Translations under genes and position numbers: made by a program
In this document: positions 22,176-33,091 of the stretch, in pieces
Numbering within the stretch: position 1 is the first letter of the stretch
How the letters are laid out: the number at the start of each line of letters is the position of its first letter
Source of the DNA: Patellaria atrata CBS 101060
Taxonomy: Eukaryota
DNA length: 64,000 nt
Assembly: GCA_010093705.1 (NCBI GenBank)
Contig: MU006116.1
Span: forward strand, 37,424 to 101,423
Reading direction: 5' to 3'
The notes under the pieces: generated by a model
Database searches by the model: none
The model's input: only the letters and a program-made list of their open reading frames with translations
Told to the model about the DNA's origin: nothing

Positions 22176-24209
22176 ATGTTCTCACATATTCCATGGTCAT
22201 CCAGTGAGGATGAAAATCTCGATGAAGAATCGCAAAGTCTCACCTCAATCCTAGAGACGCCTCAACAAAGAAGTGATCTCACCCTACTAATCGCAAATTG
22301 TACAGCGTCCATGCGGAAGAAGATCTTAGACAGTTTTGATCCAAAACAGACAGGTGAAAAAGACGACATAATTGTCGAGCTCACCGGAGATGATACGTTG
22401 GAAAATCCAAAAGTCTATCCCAGCAGGACAGATGACGAAGAAATCGGCGAGCAAGAGCAAAAGCTAAAGGAGAGAGAAGAAGAGCTCTCGGGACCAAAGA
22501 TGCAGGGCTTGAAGGATGCTGCCTTAGTGTATTTTGATGAGTGGAGAGACAAGCTGTTACAACGTGTAGGCGAGGTGGTTAATTCTAGAGAAATAGCAAT
22601 CGCGCAAAAGAAGGAAGCGAAGCCCACCTCTACGAGTATGCGCTTCCGCATGGTGGCTACCACTCATGGGAAGGATGTGGATATTGCGAAAGTTTACCAC
22701 GAGCTGTATCCACCAACCTCGACGTCTCTAGCACAGTTCAATGAGGCTCACCGCGCCCTGATCCTCCATTCGATGCTTTTGTTGTTACTCAGCCTAGAGA
22801 ATTATTCAGCACATTCCAGAATACTTCTTCTCCACTTAACATCTAGTCTAAATCTCCCTCACAGCTTTCTCACAGAAGATGAAGACAAAGTCGCCCGAGG
22901 GTTGCTCAAAGCCGCTGAGCAGATGACAGCAGACGAAGAGACGAAAAAGAAAGCCGAGGAAAACAGTACGGCCCGGAAGTGGAAAGTCGGCATTGCAGGA
23001 GTCGCGGGTGCAGCTATCATTGGTGTTACCGGTGGTCTGGCAGCCCCTTTACTGGCTGCAGGGATCGGTTCGGTAATGGGTGGACTGGGACTAGGTGCGA
23101 CCGCTGCAGCTGGATATCTAGGGACATTAGCCAGTAGTTCCGTCATTGTAGGTGGCATTTTTGGAGCATATGGTGCAAGAATGACCGGCCAGATGATGGA
23201 CCAATACGCGAAGGAAGTTAGCGACTTCGGCTTCGAGCCCATCAACCGTCACAATAATGCTCATAAGATCGAGAAGGAATACCGGCGCTTGCGCATAGCC
23301 ATCGGAATCAGTGGTTGGCTGACCGAGAAGGAGGAAGTTGTAATTCCCTGGCGTGTTATCGGTCAGAGTATCGAAGGTTTCGCGTTACGTTTTGAACTCG
23401 AATCGCTTATGAGTTTGGGAAATGCGATAACTCTTTGGGTCAAGAGTGCGGCATGGAGTTACGCAAAGGGCGAAATCATCAAACGCACCGTCTTTGGAGC
23501 CCTAACCGCGGGACTATGGCCGCTGGGTCTTCTGAAGGTATCTCGTGTCGTCGATAATCCATTCAGCGTAGCAAAACATCGTAGTGATAAAGCTGGACAA
23601 GTTCTGGCAGACGCACTCATCAATAAAGCACAAGGAGAACGCCCTGTAACTCTAGTTGGATATTCTCTAGGTGCGCGTGTCATCTACAGTTGTCTCTCTT
23701 CACTAGCGGAGCGTAAGGCGTTTGGCCTTGTGGAATCAGTTGTACTACTCGGTGCACCCGCGCCTTCTGCCGCTGGTGACTGGCGGAAGATGCGTAGTGT
23801 TGTTTCCGGTCGACTTGTAAACGTATTCTCAACCAACGACTACGTTCTCGCCTTCCTCTACCGCACTAGCAGTATCCAGTACGGTATCGCGGGGTTGCAG
23901 AAAGTTGAGGGAGTCCCAGGTGTCGAAAACATCGACGTTAGTGAGCTAGTCAGCGGACATCTAAGATATAGATATCTCACCGGAAGTATTCTCAAGAAGA
24001 TCGGGTTCGAGGATATCGACATGAAGGAGGTGGAAAAGGAAGAGGCGGCATTGGCGGCAGCAGAGGAGCAGGAGATGGAGGTGAGAAAAGAGGAAAGGGT
24101 AGAGGAGAAAGACCCGGATAAGGAACGTGAGGAGCTAGAGGAAGAAGTTAAGAAGAAAAATGAGGAGAGTATGTTGTCATGGGCCACCGGGAAATTAACT
24201 ACAAGGTGA
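22176..24209 (+). CDS. DUF726 / TMCO4-like alpha/beta-hydrolase-fold membrane-associated protein
   Basis: G-rich hydrophobic segment (GVTGGLAAPLLAAG), RPVTLVGYSLGARVI, GRLVNVFSTNDYVL.FLYR, GHLRY. Confidence 0.88.
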   Translation: MFSHIPWSSSEDENLDEESQSLTSILETPQQRSDLTLLIANCTASMRKKILDSFDPKQTGEKDDIIVELTGDDTLENPKVYPSRTDDEEIGEQEQKLKEREEELSGPKMQGLKDAALVYFDEWRDKLLQRVGEVVNSREIAIAQKKEAKPTSTSMRFRMVATTHGKDVDIAKVYHELYPPTSTSLAQFNEAHRALILHSMLLLLLSLENYSAHSRILLLHLTSSLNLPHSFLTEDEDKVARGLLKAAEQMTADEETKKKAEENSTARKWKVGIAGVAGAAIIGVTGGLAAPLLAAGIGSVMGGLGLGATAAAGYLGTLASSSVIVGGIFGAYGARMTGQMMDQYAKEVSDFGFEPINRHNNAHKIEKEYRRLRIAIGISGWLTEKEEVVIPWRVIGQSIEGFALRFELESLMSLGNAITLWVKSAAWSYAKGEIIKRTVFGALTAGLWPLGLLKVSRVVDNPFSVAKHRSDKAGQVLADALINKAQGERPVTLVGYSLGARVIYSCLSSLAERKAFGLVESVVLLGAPAPSAAGDWRKMRSVVSGRLVNVFSTNDYVLAFLYRTSSIQYGIAGLQKVEGVPGVENIDVSELVSGHLRYRYLTGSILKKIGFEDIDMKEVEKEEAALAAAEEQEMEVRKEERVEEKDPDKEREELEEEVKKKNEESMLSWATGKLTTR

Positions 24210-26461
24210 GAAACCATGGAGTCTTTCGGAGATCCAGCAATAACTGGACTCTATGAGGCTTAGATGTAGAGTAGAACTTTTCGACGATATATTTCGAGTA
24301 GGTGACGATTTATCTATGAAGAGTCTAGGCCTGAGAGAATTCTTAGTTGTTTCAAAATAGGTATTTCCTAAGATGGTGTCCATATTTTATTTGTACAAGT
24401 ATACCTCCATATCTACTGCATAGAATGGAGCCATGATTATGATCCGCTATCAAAATATGAACTGGTAAATGCATGAGGTTAATTGATCTCCTTATATAGA
24501 CCAGTTTTCTTTCCCTCTAAACCTGTCCACACCATCACCTTGACTAGAGTGTTTCAAGTATGTGTACTCTGGAACAGGGTGATGGAGTCGGAGGTCATTC
24601 ATAAATGACGTCTATTTGATTCATGCTGGTCTTCTGGATCTCGCGTTAGCTCTGCTCTTAAATTGTATGTCTCGCTACTTATAGCTATACTTCTCTCTAT
24701 CGATCATGTTGGATTTTCGATTCCACTTGAAAGATTCAAGCAGAACTGGGCTTCGCAATATGTCCAAACCAACTGTGTATTGTAAGCTATAGGCTACATG
24801 AACCACATTTGGAGTACCATTGTGTCATCTATGATATGGCGAATGGAGAAACTGCATATAAATCTACATGGAGTCAATCCACCCATAATCTCTACTTACC
24901 CCTGCTGCATACGATTATTATGTATTTTTGGTAATGAAAAGAAAGACCTCTGGATATAACCGAATCAGAGGATTGATCAAATGTATCTCAGTGGATTAGA
25001 AGTATCTCTGATGACCTTGATAAAGTCACAACTCCACAAACAACTCCTCTGACTACCAATTTGGGATTGGTATAAGATAGAATCAAGATGAATGAAAATT
25101 CAGGTTACTCGGCTTTCCCAGCCATGACCTATTACATTTGGATCCTAGTTGGGCCTTTCCTAAGGTTCGAACGGTTCTACAAGGGGCCCTCCGAGCACAC
25201 AGTTCGTCACGATCCAGAAATAGTCCAGCCCATACTAGTACCATGTATGCATCAAACCGCCGCTTCAAGCCTCACATCCGTATCTAGAACCATAAGTATA
25301 CAATCTCCTTCATGCTTTTCCATCGAACCTCACCTTATCAGTTCTGTTTTCGCTCCGACCGCCACTCCACGAACCATTTCGAAACCTGGTTCTGCTTGGA
25401 CTATGACTTGAAGAGCGACCTTGACCACCATCTCGACTGCGGCTGAAACTCCTGCTTCGGCTTCGGCTTTGGGATCTACTCACGCTTCTGCTTCTACTTC
25501 TGTTTCTGCCCCTCCCATGACTAAGACTGCTCAGGCTTCGATTTAAACTCCTACTGAAGCTGCTGCCACTTGATCTACTGCTGCTTGCGCTTCTGAGACT
25601 TCTCGTATATCGCCGGTTTTTATGTTTGCGGTGATGTCGGAGCCACTTGACTGCGCCGCCAACGGTGAGGAGGATGTAAATGAGTTGACGTATGTGACCC
25701 ATTTTAGTCCAGCTCTTGCAGTGAGTGAGGAGAACGGCTAAATGTTTTTATGAATAAGTCCAGTGCTGGGGATTGCGGTTATGGGTTGCCGTGTGTGTGG
25801 ATAAATAGTATGAGACAGTGTGAAGCGCGAGCTGTAGTCGTGAGGGGGGAAGAGACAATGGGTTTTGTCGTCAATTCCTGTGGTGTTGTTGTTCTGTAAT
25901 GCCAGGATTTGACTCGACGGTATTGATAATATGTTTGTTCGTTCAGTTGTATGAGTCCGATATCTTATGTAACTGAGGAGAATTTGCGACTAGAAGAATA
26001 TGAGTGTCGGATAACCCAAATCAAATGAATGTTTTCGGGCATCGATTTATGAGAGATTTGGGGAAGTCAGGTCTAGGAATTGGAGGGCTAAGGATATAGG
26101 AGCTTGTGAAAGAAAGTAGGGGAAGTGCAATTCTTACGGCAGTTTTGGCTATGGGGAGTCTAGTGAACGAAGATCGAGAAGGAACGCTCTTACTCCTTCT
26201 CCCCATGACATGCTCCAATATTAGCTGTGACTGAACCGCAAGATCTGAGTCTTCCACATTGTGACTCCTTTTAGGCCTTGGAACCACGTGCGGAGAGACA
26301 CTAAGAATCACATGCAGTAAGACTAAGAAATTGGGGACTGAGAAGCGCCACCTTTAGTAGAGAAGGTAAATCAGATCATTGATCACATTAATACTATTCA
26401 AGCGCCAGCAATGCCGCTAAGAATGAACTGGGACCACATACTAATCCTGAGGAACTAACGC

Positions 26462-29400
26462 CTATATGAAAATACTCCTTAAAGATGGCAGCACCTCCTT
26501 GTCAGGGCCATTTTTACCTTCCAAACCTTCCATGCGGCCTAATACACTATGAAAAGCCTCAATGGAAGAAATAACCCTCTCTTTTTCCTCTTCCAATTCG
26601 CCTAGGACTATTTCGACCTGTTTCCTCATTCCACCTCTAGTGACAAAGTACGTGTTACCGTCCAGTGTCCAATAACTTTGGATTGATTGATTCAACCCTT
26701 TACTCACGAATTCCCTTATTTCAGAAAAAGAAGGGACTAAAGACTGATCGTGCATATTCATCGGTGGAATGGCATCTACACCTAGAAGAGAACTTCCGAC
26801 GAAAATACTGAGATCTTTGAAGAAGTGAACACAATCGGCGGCAATGGTACATCGGCCAATCCGGCGATAGATATAATCGACCACCGGCATCGCCGCTGTG
26901 ACTATATCGAATACATGAGACAGAATGTGAAAAACATGTTTTTGCTCAGGAATGCGCCGGTGATCGACCCAGGAACCAACTGTTTGCTGAAATATTTGTA
27001 AAGTATCATCGAGGATTGACTCTACAATTTCCTCACTCTGAGAATCCGTACTACTGAATTGGCTGAGCATATCATCGAAACCAAGTCTAATAGTTTGAAA
27101 GACGGGTATAGCAATGATCCACCCGGTGGATGTAAGGAAAGCTGCTTGTATGTATGCTGGGAAAATATCCTGAAGGAAAACTTGCCGCAACAAGATACGC
27201 TTTCCATCCTCAAACTGTCCCAGGAACGCACTATGGAGTTGTCCAGCAAGGTAAGATTGTTGGTTGTCGGTCGCAGCCCGTTCAGATACCGCCTGGAAAA
27301 ATGCAACAAGTTTTTTAGTAGTTTTAGCATCTGTTAATTTGGTGGAGTAGCCTTTCAGCTGGCCAACCACGTAGGTAGGGTCAGTAGCAGGCAAAGGAAA
27401 AGCGGACGAATCGGTAAAGAATCTGTCCACGGGGCAAATATCGGTCGTATATTGTTGTAAGTATTCAACAACACACTGTATAAAATTAACATAAGCATCC
27501 TTAACCATTAGCTCTTCGTGGAGCTCATTATAAAGGTAGTGTGATTTCATCGTTGCCATTAATTGCTTGAGAATTTCGGCATAATCCCGCTGCAATTCCG
27601 CTCCTTCTTCCATGTTTCTCCGGACGGTTTCCTCGTAAGACTCTTGCATGTTCGCAAGCACGCATGAGATGACACTTGTGCGCTTAATGCGGAATTCCTC
27701 CAAAGTGATCTGAAACACACCTTTTCGGGATGGCGAGAAAGGTAGTTTCGCGAGCAACTGATTACGGGAATCTATGTTCAACAACGCGGAGGTAAATCGA
27801 TGTTGGAACTTGAGCATACAATCTCGTTCTACAAGCGATAGCAGCCAAGATGAGATGAAGCAGAAGCTATGCTTGTGGAAAATCTCGCCGTCAAACTCAA
27901 TCAAAGAGGTCATAAAATATGGAGCGTATTTCGGTGTTTGTTCCCTATAACGCAATTGGTACCAAGATATAGGACTATAGTGGTCGAAGTAATCACTCCA
28001 CTCGCGCTCTCTGCTTTTTAGATGATACTGAGCTGCCCTGGCCCACAAATTGACCAGGAGACTTAGGAAACCGTTGTTTGAGAATCCTTCAGCGCCGAAG
28101 GCACTGAACATCAGAATTGCAACCGCATCATGGACGAAGGCGATTGATTGAGACCTGGGGGATAGTTCACACGATAAACCCATAATATCGTCGAATTCTG
28201 GCCACTCTCCATAGTCTTGACTTTCCTCACTCTCTTGTTGAAAATTTGTTATTTGTTGCCAATGATTGCATACTAGATTGAAATACTCCTTAGCAACCTC
28301 CATGCACTGCATGACGATGGTATTGACGTGAGGACTTTTTGCATCAAAGAGTTTAAGGACTTCAAAATGATTGGATTCCTTCAGAAGCATGGAGGCATGC
28401 TCAAACTTGTTGGTAGCTTGTATAGCTGACTTCATACCAGTGACGGCTTCTGACAGAGTGGCCAAAACTTGTCTCTGATTGCTGTCGATAGTTGACTCAA
28501 TTATTTCCGGGGCGGGGAGCTGAGTTCCCCGTACATGTGAAGACGGATAAAATGCTTCAGCCTCGGTTCTAGCAAGCCGGAACTGAGCGATGGTTCGCTC
28601 AATGATATCCTTATGCCATGCGGCAAATGGTCCTAGTCTGTCTAATGGTTCATCGGTCGATATCTGGTAGCGGACAAGGTTACTCCATGCTCGAACATTG
28701 AGATGACACGCTTCTCGATGAGACTGATCATGGCTAACAAGATCTCTGATGACGTCCAATCGAGGTCTCAAACTAGAAGGAGAGGACCAGTATATAGTCG
28801 TAAGGAGATCATGATGATTCCGCAACGCATCTAGGTCTTCTTGCGCCAGGTTCTCTTCTTTGTGATATATGCGCCCATTGAGGGGCATAAATCTCCAAGC
28901 TATTCTGTGAATCTTCTCGTCTGGATAAATATCCTGCATGTTAATAAGGCCAGTCGCAAGGAGTTTCAGAAAAATCTGGAAAGATTTATCTTCGGGTTGA
29001 ATATCCAGGGACAACCGATATTCTAGCCGCTCAAGGAATGCTGCAGATCCGCGTACTTCTTCATTGCTCAGATTGTTGAGGCCTTTGCGGGCGTAAAAGT
29101 CAAATATCACATTGAGAATAGGCTCGCATCGCCGCCAACCCCAGTGTTGTATTAAATGATGGCATCGCCCCATCACCGCACGCACATAGGAATTAACTGT
29201 GGTATTAGAGCTTCTTAACGTCTCAGCATATGAAAAGAAAACGTGAGTTAGCATTGTCTTAATCACGATCCAGTTTTCGGAAGATATCTGGTATCTTTGA
29301 CCGAGTTTGAGTAGCCCCTGAGAATCGAACTCTAATAGTGGTAAGAGGCTGAATATGTCAAACCAAACCCGATCCAGAATTTGGACATTAAATTCTGTCT

Positions 29401-32400
29401 TGACACATGGCAGTAGCTCCTCGGCAACCAAGTCCCAGAATGTGTATCCAGACGGTGTGGGGAGCTGAGGGAAGATGTGGAATAAAATCACTATACATTC
29501 TACTGCAGGGTTTTTATCCTGGATACCGGCTTCTCGGACCGAGAGGTTGTTGTTTTCTTCCAGGAAAGTTCTAATTGGGTCCATCCCTTTTCGTAGGAGA
29601 TGTTTTACCAAGATCAAGGCCGCCTCTTTCTTTATCGCTCTAATCGCTTGTGCAGATTCTGGTGCTACACTTCCATGAGTTGATACTTTCTCCACTTGAC
29701 TTATAACAACTAATTGCAATGCTAGAAGTCGGAGTAATCTCAATAGGCCGGTAACATCAAACGCAGTGGAAGTTTCTACTTGTGTCACTAATTCCATTTT
29801 TACATCCTGCATAATTTCTAACATCTTAGTGACGAAGGGGTCCCAGTCTACGGCCTCTGAAAAGCTGAGATTCTTGGAGATATACCGAATGATGGACCGC
29901 ATAGCTGAGGAAGCCCGACTGATATTGTCCTCACCCCTGAGAACCGAATCATTCTCACGGAGCGCCGACTTCAAAGTAGATGCAAGTATACTTAATTGCG
30001 TTGCAATAGCGTTGTTCCAACAATCTAGTTGAGTTACATGACCGTCGATATTGATATGTTCATGTCTGCAGGTAACGTCAAAATCTCGCTCGGTAAATGT
30101 TAAGGAGAGGCGAAATTCGCCACTACCTATGAAGGTACCTTGATGAAAGTATGTTCCACGTTGTAGTGGCCGGACATTAAAGTCCATGGAATAGCGGCTG
30201 CCAAATGGAGCGAACCCGCACAAAATAGAGGTTGCAGACGGTTGAGCTGAGACGGAAACAGAACTATTAGTTACTGGTAGAGGTTCGTCCATTTGCAGAA
30301 AATCCCATGAGTCAGCAGGAATGTGTCGTGCTTGTGATTTACGAGCTTTTCGAACAATATTTCGAGATATATCTTGACCATGGATGTCCACTTCAGTGCG
30401 TTCCTTATCGGGTATGTGGGAGACTTCCAACGATGTATCTATCGTCTCCTCATGTGCTAAAAATCTAGCTAGTTGGTGATTGGATAAATTTGCACGGTCT
30501 CTAGGAAAGTCTACAAGGCTCTTCTCGGCGAGAGCTAAGGACTTTCGAAATGCGGTTTTGCGATTTCGTGCGTCGTATAGAGCCTCAGGTGCTTCTAATT
30601 GGGCTGTCCGAGAGGAGGAAAGCTCATTAGGTCTCAGAGATGTCCCGTGTTTCTTTGTGGATAATTGAGGACCGAAAGTAACCTCTTCGAGGTCTGGAAC
30701 CGCTTTCCCATAAGGTTTGAGTTTTCCATGCTTTGGACGCGAAACAGATAAGAGTGTGAGTCCATCGTCTTTCCTCTGTTGCAAGCCATGAGAGCGCGAT
30801 CTTGAGCTAGGTTGCTGATGTGGACGAGGTAACAACTGCTGGCACTGAATCGTGACATCAGCTAGAGGTTTTCGGCTAGGTTGAGCGTGTTCCCGTCTGG
30901 CCGGAGCAGTCCGTGGAGCGATCTTGCCCGCTCGCCAGCTATGTAGTGCAATATTAGCATCCTCTGTGTCTTCGTAGGTTAGAAGCCGTATGTGCTTCTG
31001 AGTTGGACTATGCCGTGCTTCATCTGGTCGCCTACGAGCAGACCGTACAGCTACTCTAATAAAATCCGGTATCGTTCCATTTACGCTCAAATCAGATGGT
31101 TTGACATCTAAAATACTCAACCGCGGAGGACGGACACGAACTTTACGTTTATTAGATACCGCATGCTCTCTGTCACGTTTTGAAGGGTTTTCAACGATGT
31201 GTGTAGAGATATGTGCCTTAGTTTGCGTTGTTGATACACCTTTCCCAGAAGCCCGGAAGCTACTAGTCAATTTTAATTGTCTTTTTCGCGGTTCCGAAGC
31301 AATTGTCCTGGTTCGACTGGTCGAAGGGAACATGGGCTCAACCCAATTATCTTCCTCAACCTCTAGACCGTCAGATCGATAGCTCTCATCATTGAAGACG
31401 TTTACGAGTTGTTTATTACCGACCGGACCAGTGACCATAGCCTTAGTGGTATGCTCTGGCTCGTTTGATGAACCCGAGTCTTCTAGTAATAGTCCTTTAG
31501 TGTCAACGATTTGAGCAGCTTCGAATTCGTTCCTAGACGATACAACCCTCGTGAGAACTCTTCGGGCAACACCTCTCTGGTCTGTAGATGTAACATGCGA
31601 TGGTGATGTGTGACGCCGCGACGCCCGACTGATAGCTTCCCGAGACGTTTGAGCTTGTCGGTCAAGCGTCAACCATGAAGCTGGTAGGACACCCTTGATC
31701 TTCTTTTCAGCATAGCGAAGCGTTCCGCTTGACTGACTCCCCTCAGAATCAGAGGATGAAGATACATCGATAATATTCGTATGAGATATTTGTGGGTTAA
31801 GATTTGCTCTAGATGATACAGACTCCTCATTCTCTTCGCTGATTACAATGTGTCGTACTCTTTCAGTACGGGATGATTGCAAAGGAGTACGTAAATGGTC
31901 TGGTGAGATACCCTCGGGGATGTATAACCTTTTTGCAGGTCTTTGTGGACTTTGTGGAGCCGAGGTTTGAGAAGATATGGGAGGGAAGGATGGAACGTCA
32001 AAAACGTTGTGAGGACAGGCGTTATCAGTCAAAGATGAAGATGACCCAGGAAATACCAGGGTATTCGAAGCGTCCTGCCGGTCAGACAACGAGACATGAG
32101 CCGTTTTTCGTCTCTTGGGTCCATTTTGTACATGCCCAATTGCATTTCTCTCAATTAAGGTTGCAAGGTCTGGAAATTCATCATCCTCCCCGCTTCCCCT
32201 AACAGGCTCTAAATGGGCCGAAGAAGAGCGCAGACCATGGCAGTCATGTAGTTGAAGAATGGATGATGTATTTGATGATGTTATGGGTTGGGTGTCTGTA
32301 TGGATATCATCTTCAGCCATTTCTTGATACTGAATATCATCTTGAACAGCTCCGGGTTGACTTTCCCCAGGAGGGAAGCCGAGATTGACTGGACGGATGC

Positions 32401-33091
32401 CTCTTGTTTTCAAAGTCCGTTTATAGAGTTCGTTCTCCAACATATATGGGTGCAACTGTATCGCTTTACGCTGACGAAAAGTTCGTCCAGCCGTACGTTG
32501 CGCGATGTTCGCCGGTACCCCATCTATGTCAACTGTTCGAGCAATGCATCGAGGAGATATATCAACCCGGACTAATGTATTTCCGGTTCTGTGCGTATGC
32601 GAAATCGGGTTTTCTTGACTCTGAGTAATTGTATTAGTTCTATCGGATACAGGCGATGACGAGAATTCGGTAAGAGGGGAGGAAGGGGCAGGGCTAATGT
32701 GATGAGATTGATTTTCAGCACTTGAGTCCGACAGTTCTAAGACGGTTGATATGGACAATCGCCTATCCGAAGCTTGGGCTGGAAGATCCTGCTGGCCATC
32801 ATCGGTATTGGTATCATCTTCGATATCGATACCCGTGCGGTTAACTACGTTAACTTGGGAGCAAACCGCCGGAACGAGAGTTATTTCTTCCAGATCTTCA
32901 TGATTTACTTGAGGCTCGATCGCTTGATCATTGATTCCAGAGAGGGAGATTCCAGAGAGGGAGATTCCAGAGATTTGTAGTGGGTACTGCTGATTGTTGT
33001 TGACGCGTTCGCGACTTTGGGAGTCGTCGCTGTTCAGTTCTTCGTCTTCATCGGAGTCCTGGACGAAACCGGTCTGCCTCCACGATTTCAT
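26462..33091 (-). CDS. MMS22: Mus7/MMS22-family DNA repair protein (2209 aa)
   Basis: Very large ORF: disordered N-half with RTFRQRKAIQLHPY.LE...Y motif and GVLPASWL.LD, followed by a helical C-half (FHQGTFIGSG, LRNHHDLL...YW), matching my recollection of fungal Mus7/MMS22. Confidence 0.8.
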   Translation of the reverse strand: MKSWRQTGFVQDSDEDEELNSDDSQSRERVNNNQQYPLQISGISLSGISLSGINDQAIEPQVNHEDLEEITLVPAVCSQVNVVNRTGIDIEDDTNTDDGQQDLPAQASDRRLSISTVLELSDSSAENQSHHISPAPSSPLTEFSSSPVSDRTNTITQSQENPISHTHRTGNTLVRVDISPRCIARTVDIDGVPANIAQRTAGRTFRQRKAIQLHPYMLENELYKRTLKTRGIRPVNLGFPPGESQPGAVQDDIQYQEMAEDDIHTDTQPITSSNTSSILQLHDCHGLRSSSAHLEPVRGSGEDDEFPDLATLIERNAIGHVQNGPKRRKTAHVSLSDRQDASNTLVFPGSSSSLTDNACPHNVFDVPSFPPISSQTSAPQSPQRPAKRLYIPEGISPDHLRTPLQSSRTERVRHIVISEENEESVSSRANLNPQISHTNIIDVSSSSDSEGSQSSGTLRYAEKKIKGVLPASWLTLDRQAQTSREAISRASRRHTSPSHVTSTDQRGVARRVLTRVVSSRNEFEAAQIVDTKGLLLEDSGSSNEPEHTTKAMVTGPVGNKQLVNVFNDESYRSDGLEVEEDNWVEPMFPSTSRTRTIASEPRKRQLKLTSSFRASGKGVSTTQTKAHISTHIVENPSKRDREHAVSNKRKVRVRPPRLSILDVKPSDLSVNGTIPDFIRVAVRSARRRPDEARHSPTQKHIRLLTYEDTEDANIALHSWRAGKIAPRTAPARREHAQPSRKPLADVTIQCQQLLPRPHQQPSSRSRSHGLQQRKDDGLTLLSVSRPKHGKLKPYGKAVPDLEEVTFGPQLSTKKHGTSLRPNELSSSRTAQLEAPEALYDARNRKTAFRKSLALAEKSLVDFPRDRANLSNHQLARFLAHEETIDTSLEVSHIPDKERTEVDIHGQDISRNIVRKARKSQARHIPADSWDFLQMDEPLPVTNSSVSVSAQPSATSILCGFAPFGSRYSMDFNVRPLQRGTYFHQGTFIGSGEFRLSLTFTERDFDVTCRHEHINIDGHVTQLDCWNNAIATQLSILASTLKSALRENDSVLRGEDNISRASSAMRSIIRYISKNLSFSEAVDWDPFVTKMLEIMQDVKMELVTQVETSTAFDVTGLLRLLRLLALQLVVISQVEKVSTHGSVAPESAQAIRAIKKEAALILVKHLLRKGMDPIRTFLEENNNLSVREAGIQDKNPAVECIVILFHIFPQLPTPSGYTFWDLVAEELLPCVKTEFNVQILDRVWFDIFSLLPLLEFDSQGLLKLGQRYQISSENWIVIKTMLTHVFFSYAETLRSSNTTVNSYVRAVMGRCHHLIQHWGWRRCEPILNVIFDFYARKGLNNLSNEEVRGSAAFLERLEYRLSLDIQPEDKSFQIFLKLLATGLINMQDIYPDEKIHRIAWRFMPLNGRIYHKEENLAQEDLDALRNHHDLLTTIYWSSPSSLRPRLDVIRDLVSHDQSHREACHLNVRAWSNLVRYQISTDEPLDRLGPFAAWHKDIIERTIAQFRLARTEAEAFYPSSHVRGTQLPAPEIIESTIDSNQRQVLATLSEAVTGMKSAIQATNKFEHASMLLKESNHFEVLKLFDAKSPHVNTIVMQCMEVAKEYFNLVCNHWQQITNFQQESEESQDYGEWPEFDDIMGLSCELSPRSQSIAFVHDAVAILMFSAFGAEGFSNNGFLSLLVNLWARAAQYHLKSREREWSDYFDHYSPISWYQLRYREQTPKYAPYFMTSLIEFDGEIFHKHSFCFISSWLLSLVERDCMLKFQHRFTSALLNIDSRNQLLAKLPFSPSRKGVFQITLEEFRIKRTSVISCVLANMQESYEETVRRNMEEGAELQRDYAEILKQLMATMKSHYLYNELHEELMVKDAYVNFIQCVVEYLQQYTTDICPVDRFFTDSSAFPLPATDPTYVVGQLKGYSTKLTDAKTTKKLVAFFQAVSERAATDNQQSYLAGQLHSAFLGQFEDGKRILLRQVFLQDIFPAYIQAAFLTSTGWIIAIPVFQTIRLGFDDMLSQFSSTDSQSEEIVESILDDTLQIFQQTVGSWVDHRRIPEQKHVFHILSHVFDIVTAAMPVVDYIYRRIGRCTIAADCVHFFKDLSIFVGSSLLGVDAIPPMNMHDQSLVPSFSEIREFVSKGLNQSIQSYWTLDGNTYFVTRGGMRKQVEIVLGELEEEKERVISSIEAFHSVLGRMEGLEGKNGPDKEVLPSLRSIFI

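Noticed and set aside
25310..25702. SR-rich minus-strand ORF as an SR splicing factor
   Set aside because: No RRM; the RS content arises from antisense reading of GCTTCT-like repeats.
32933..32972. 15-bp repeat encoding ISGISLSGISLSGI in MMS22
   Set aside because: Simple in-frame slippage duplication in a disordered region.
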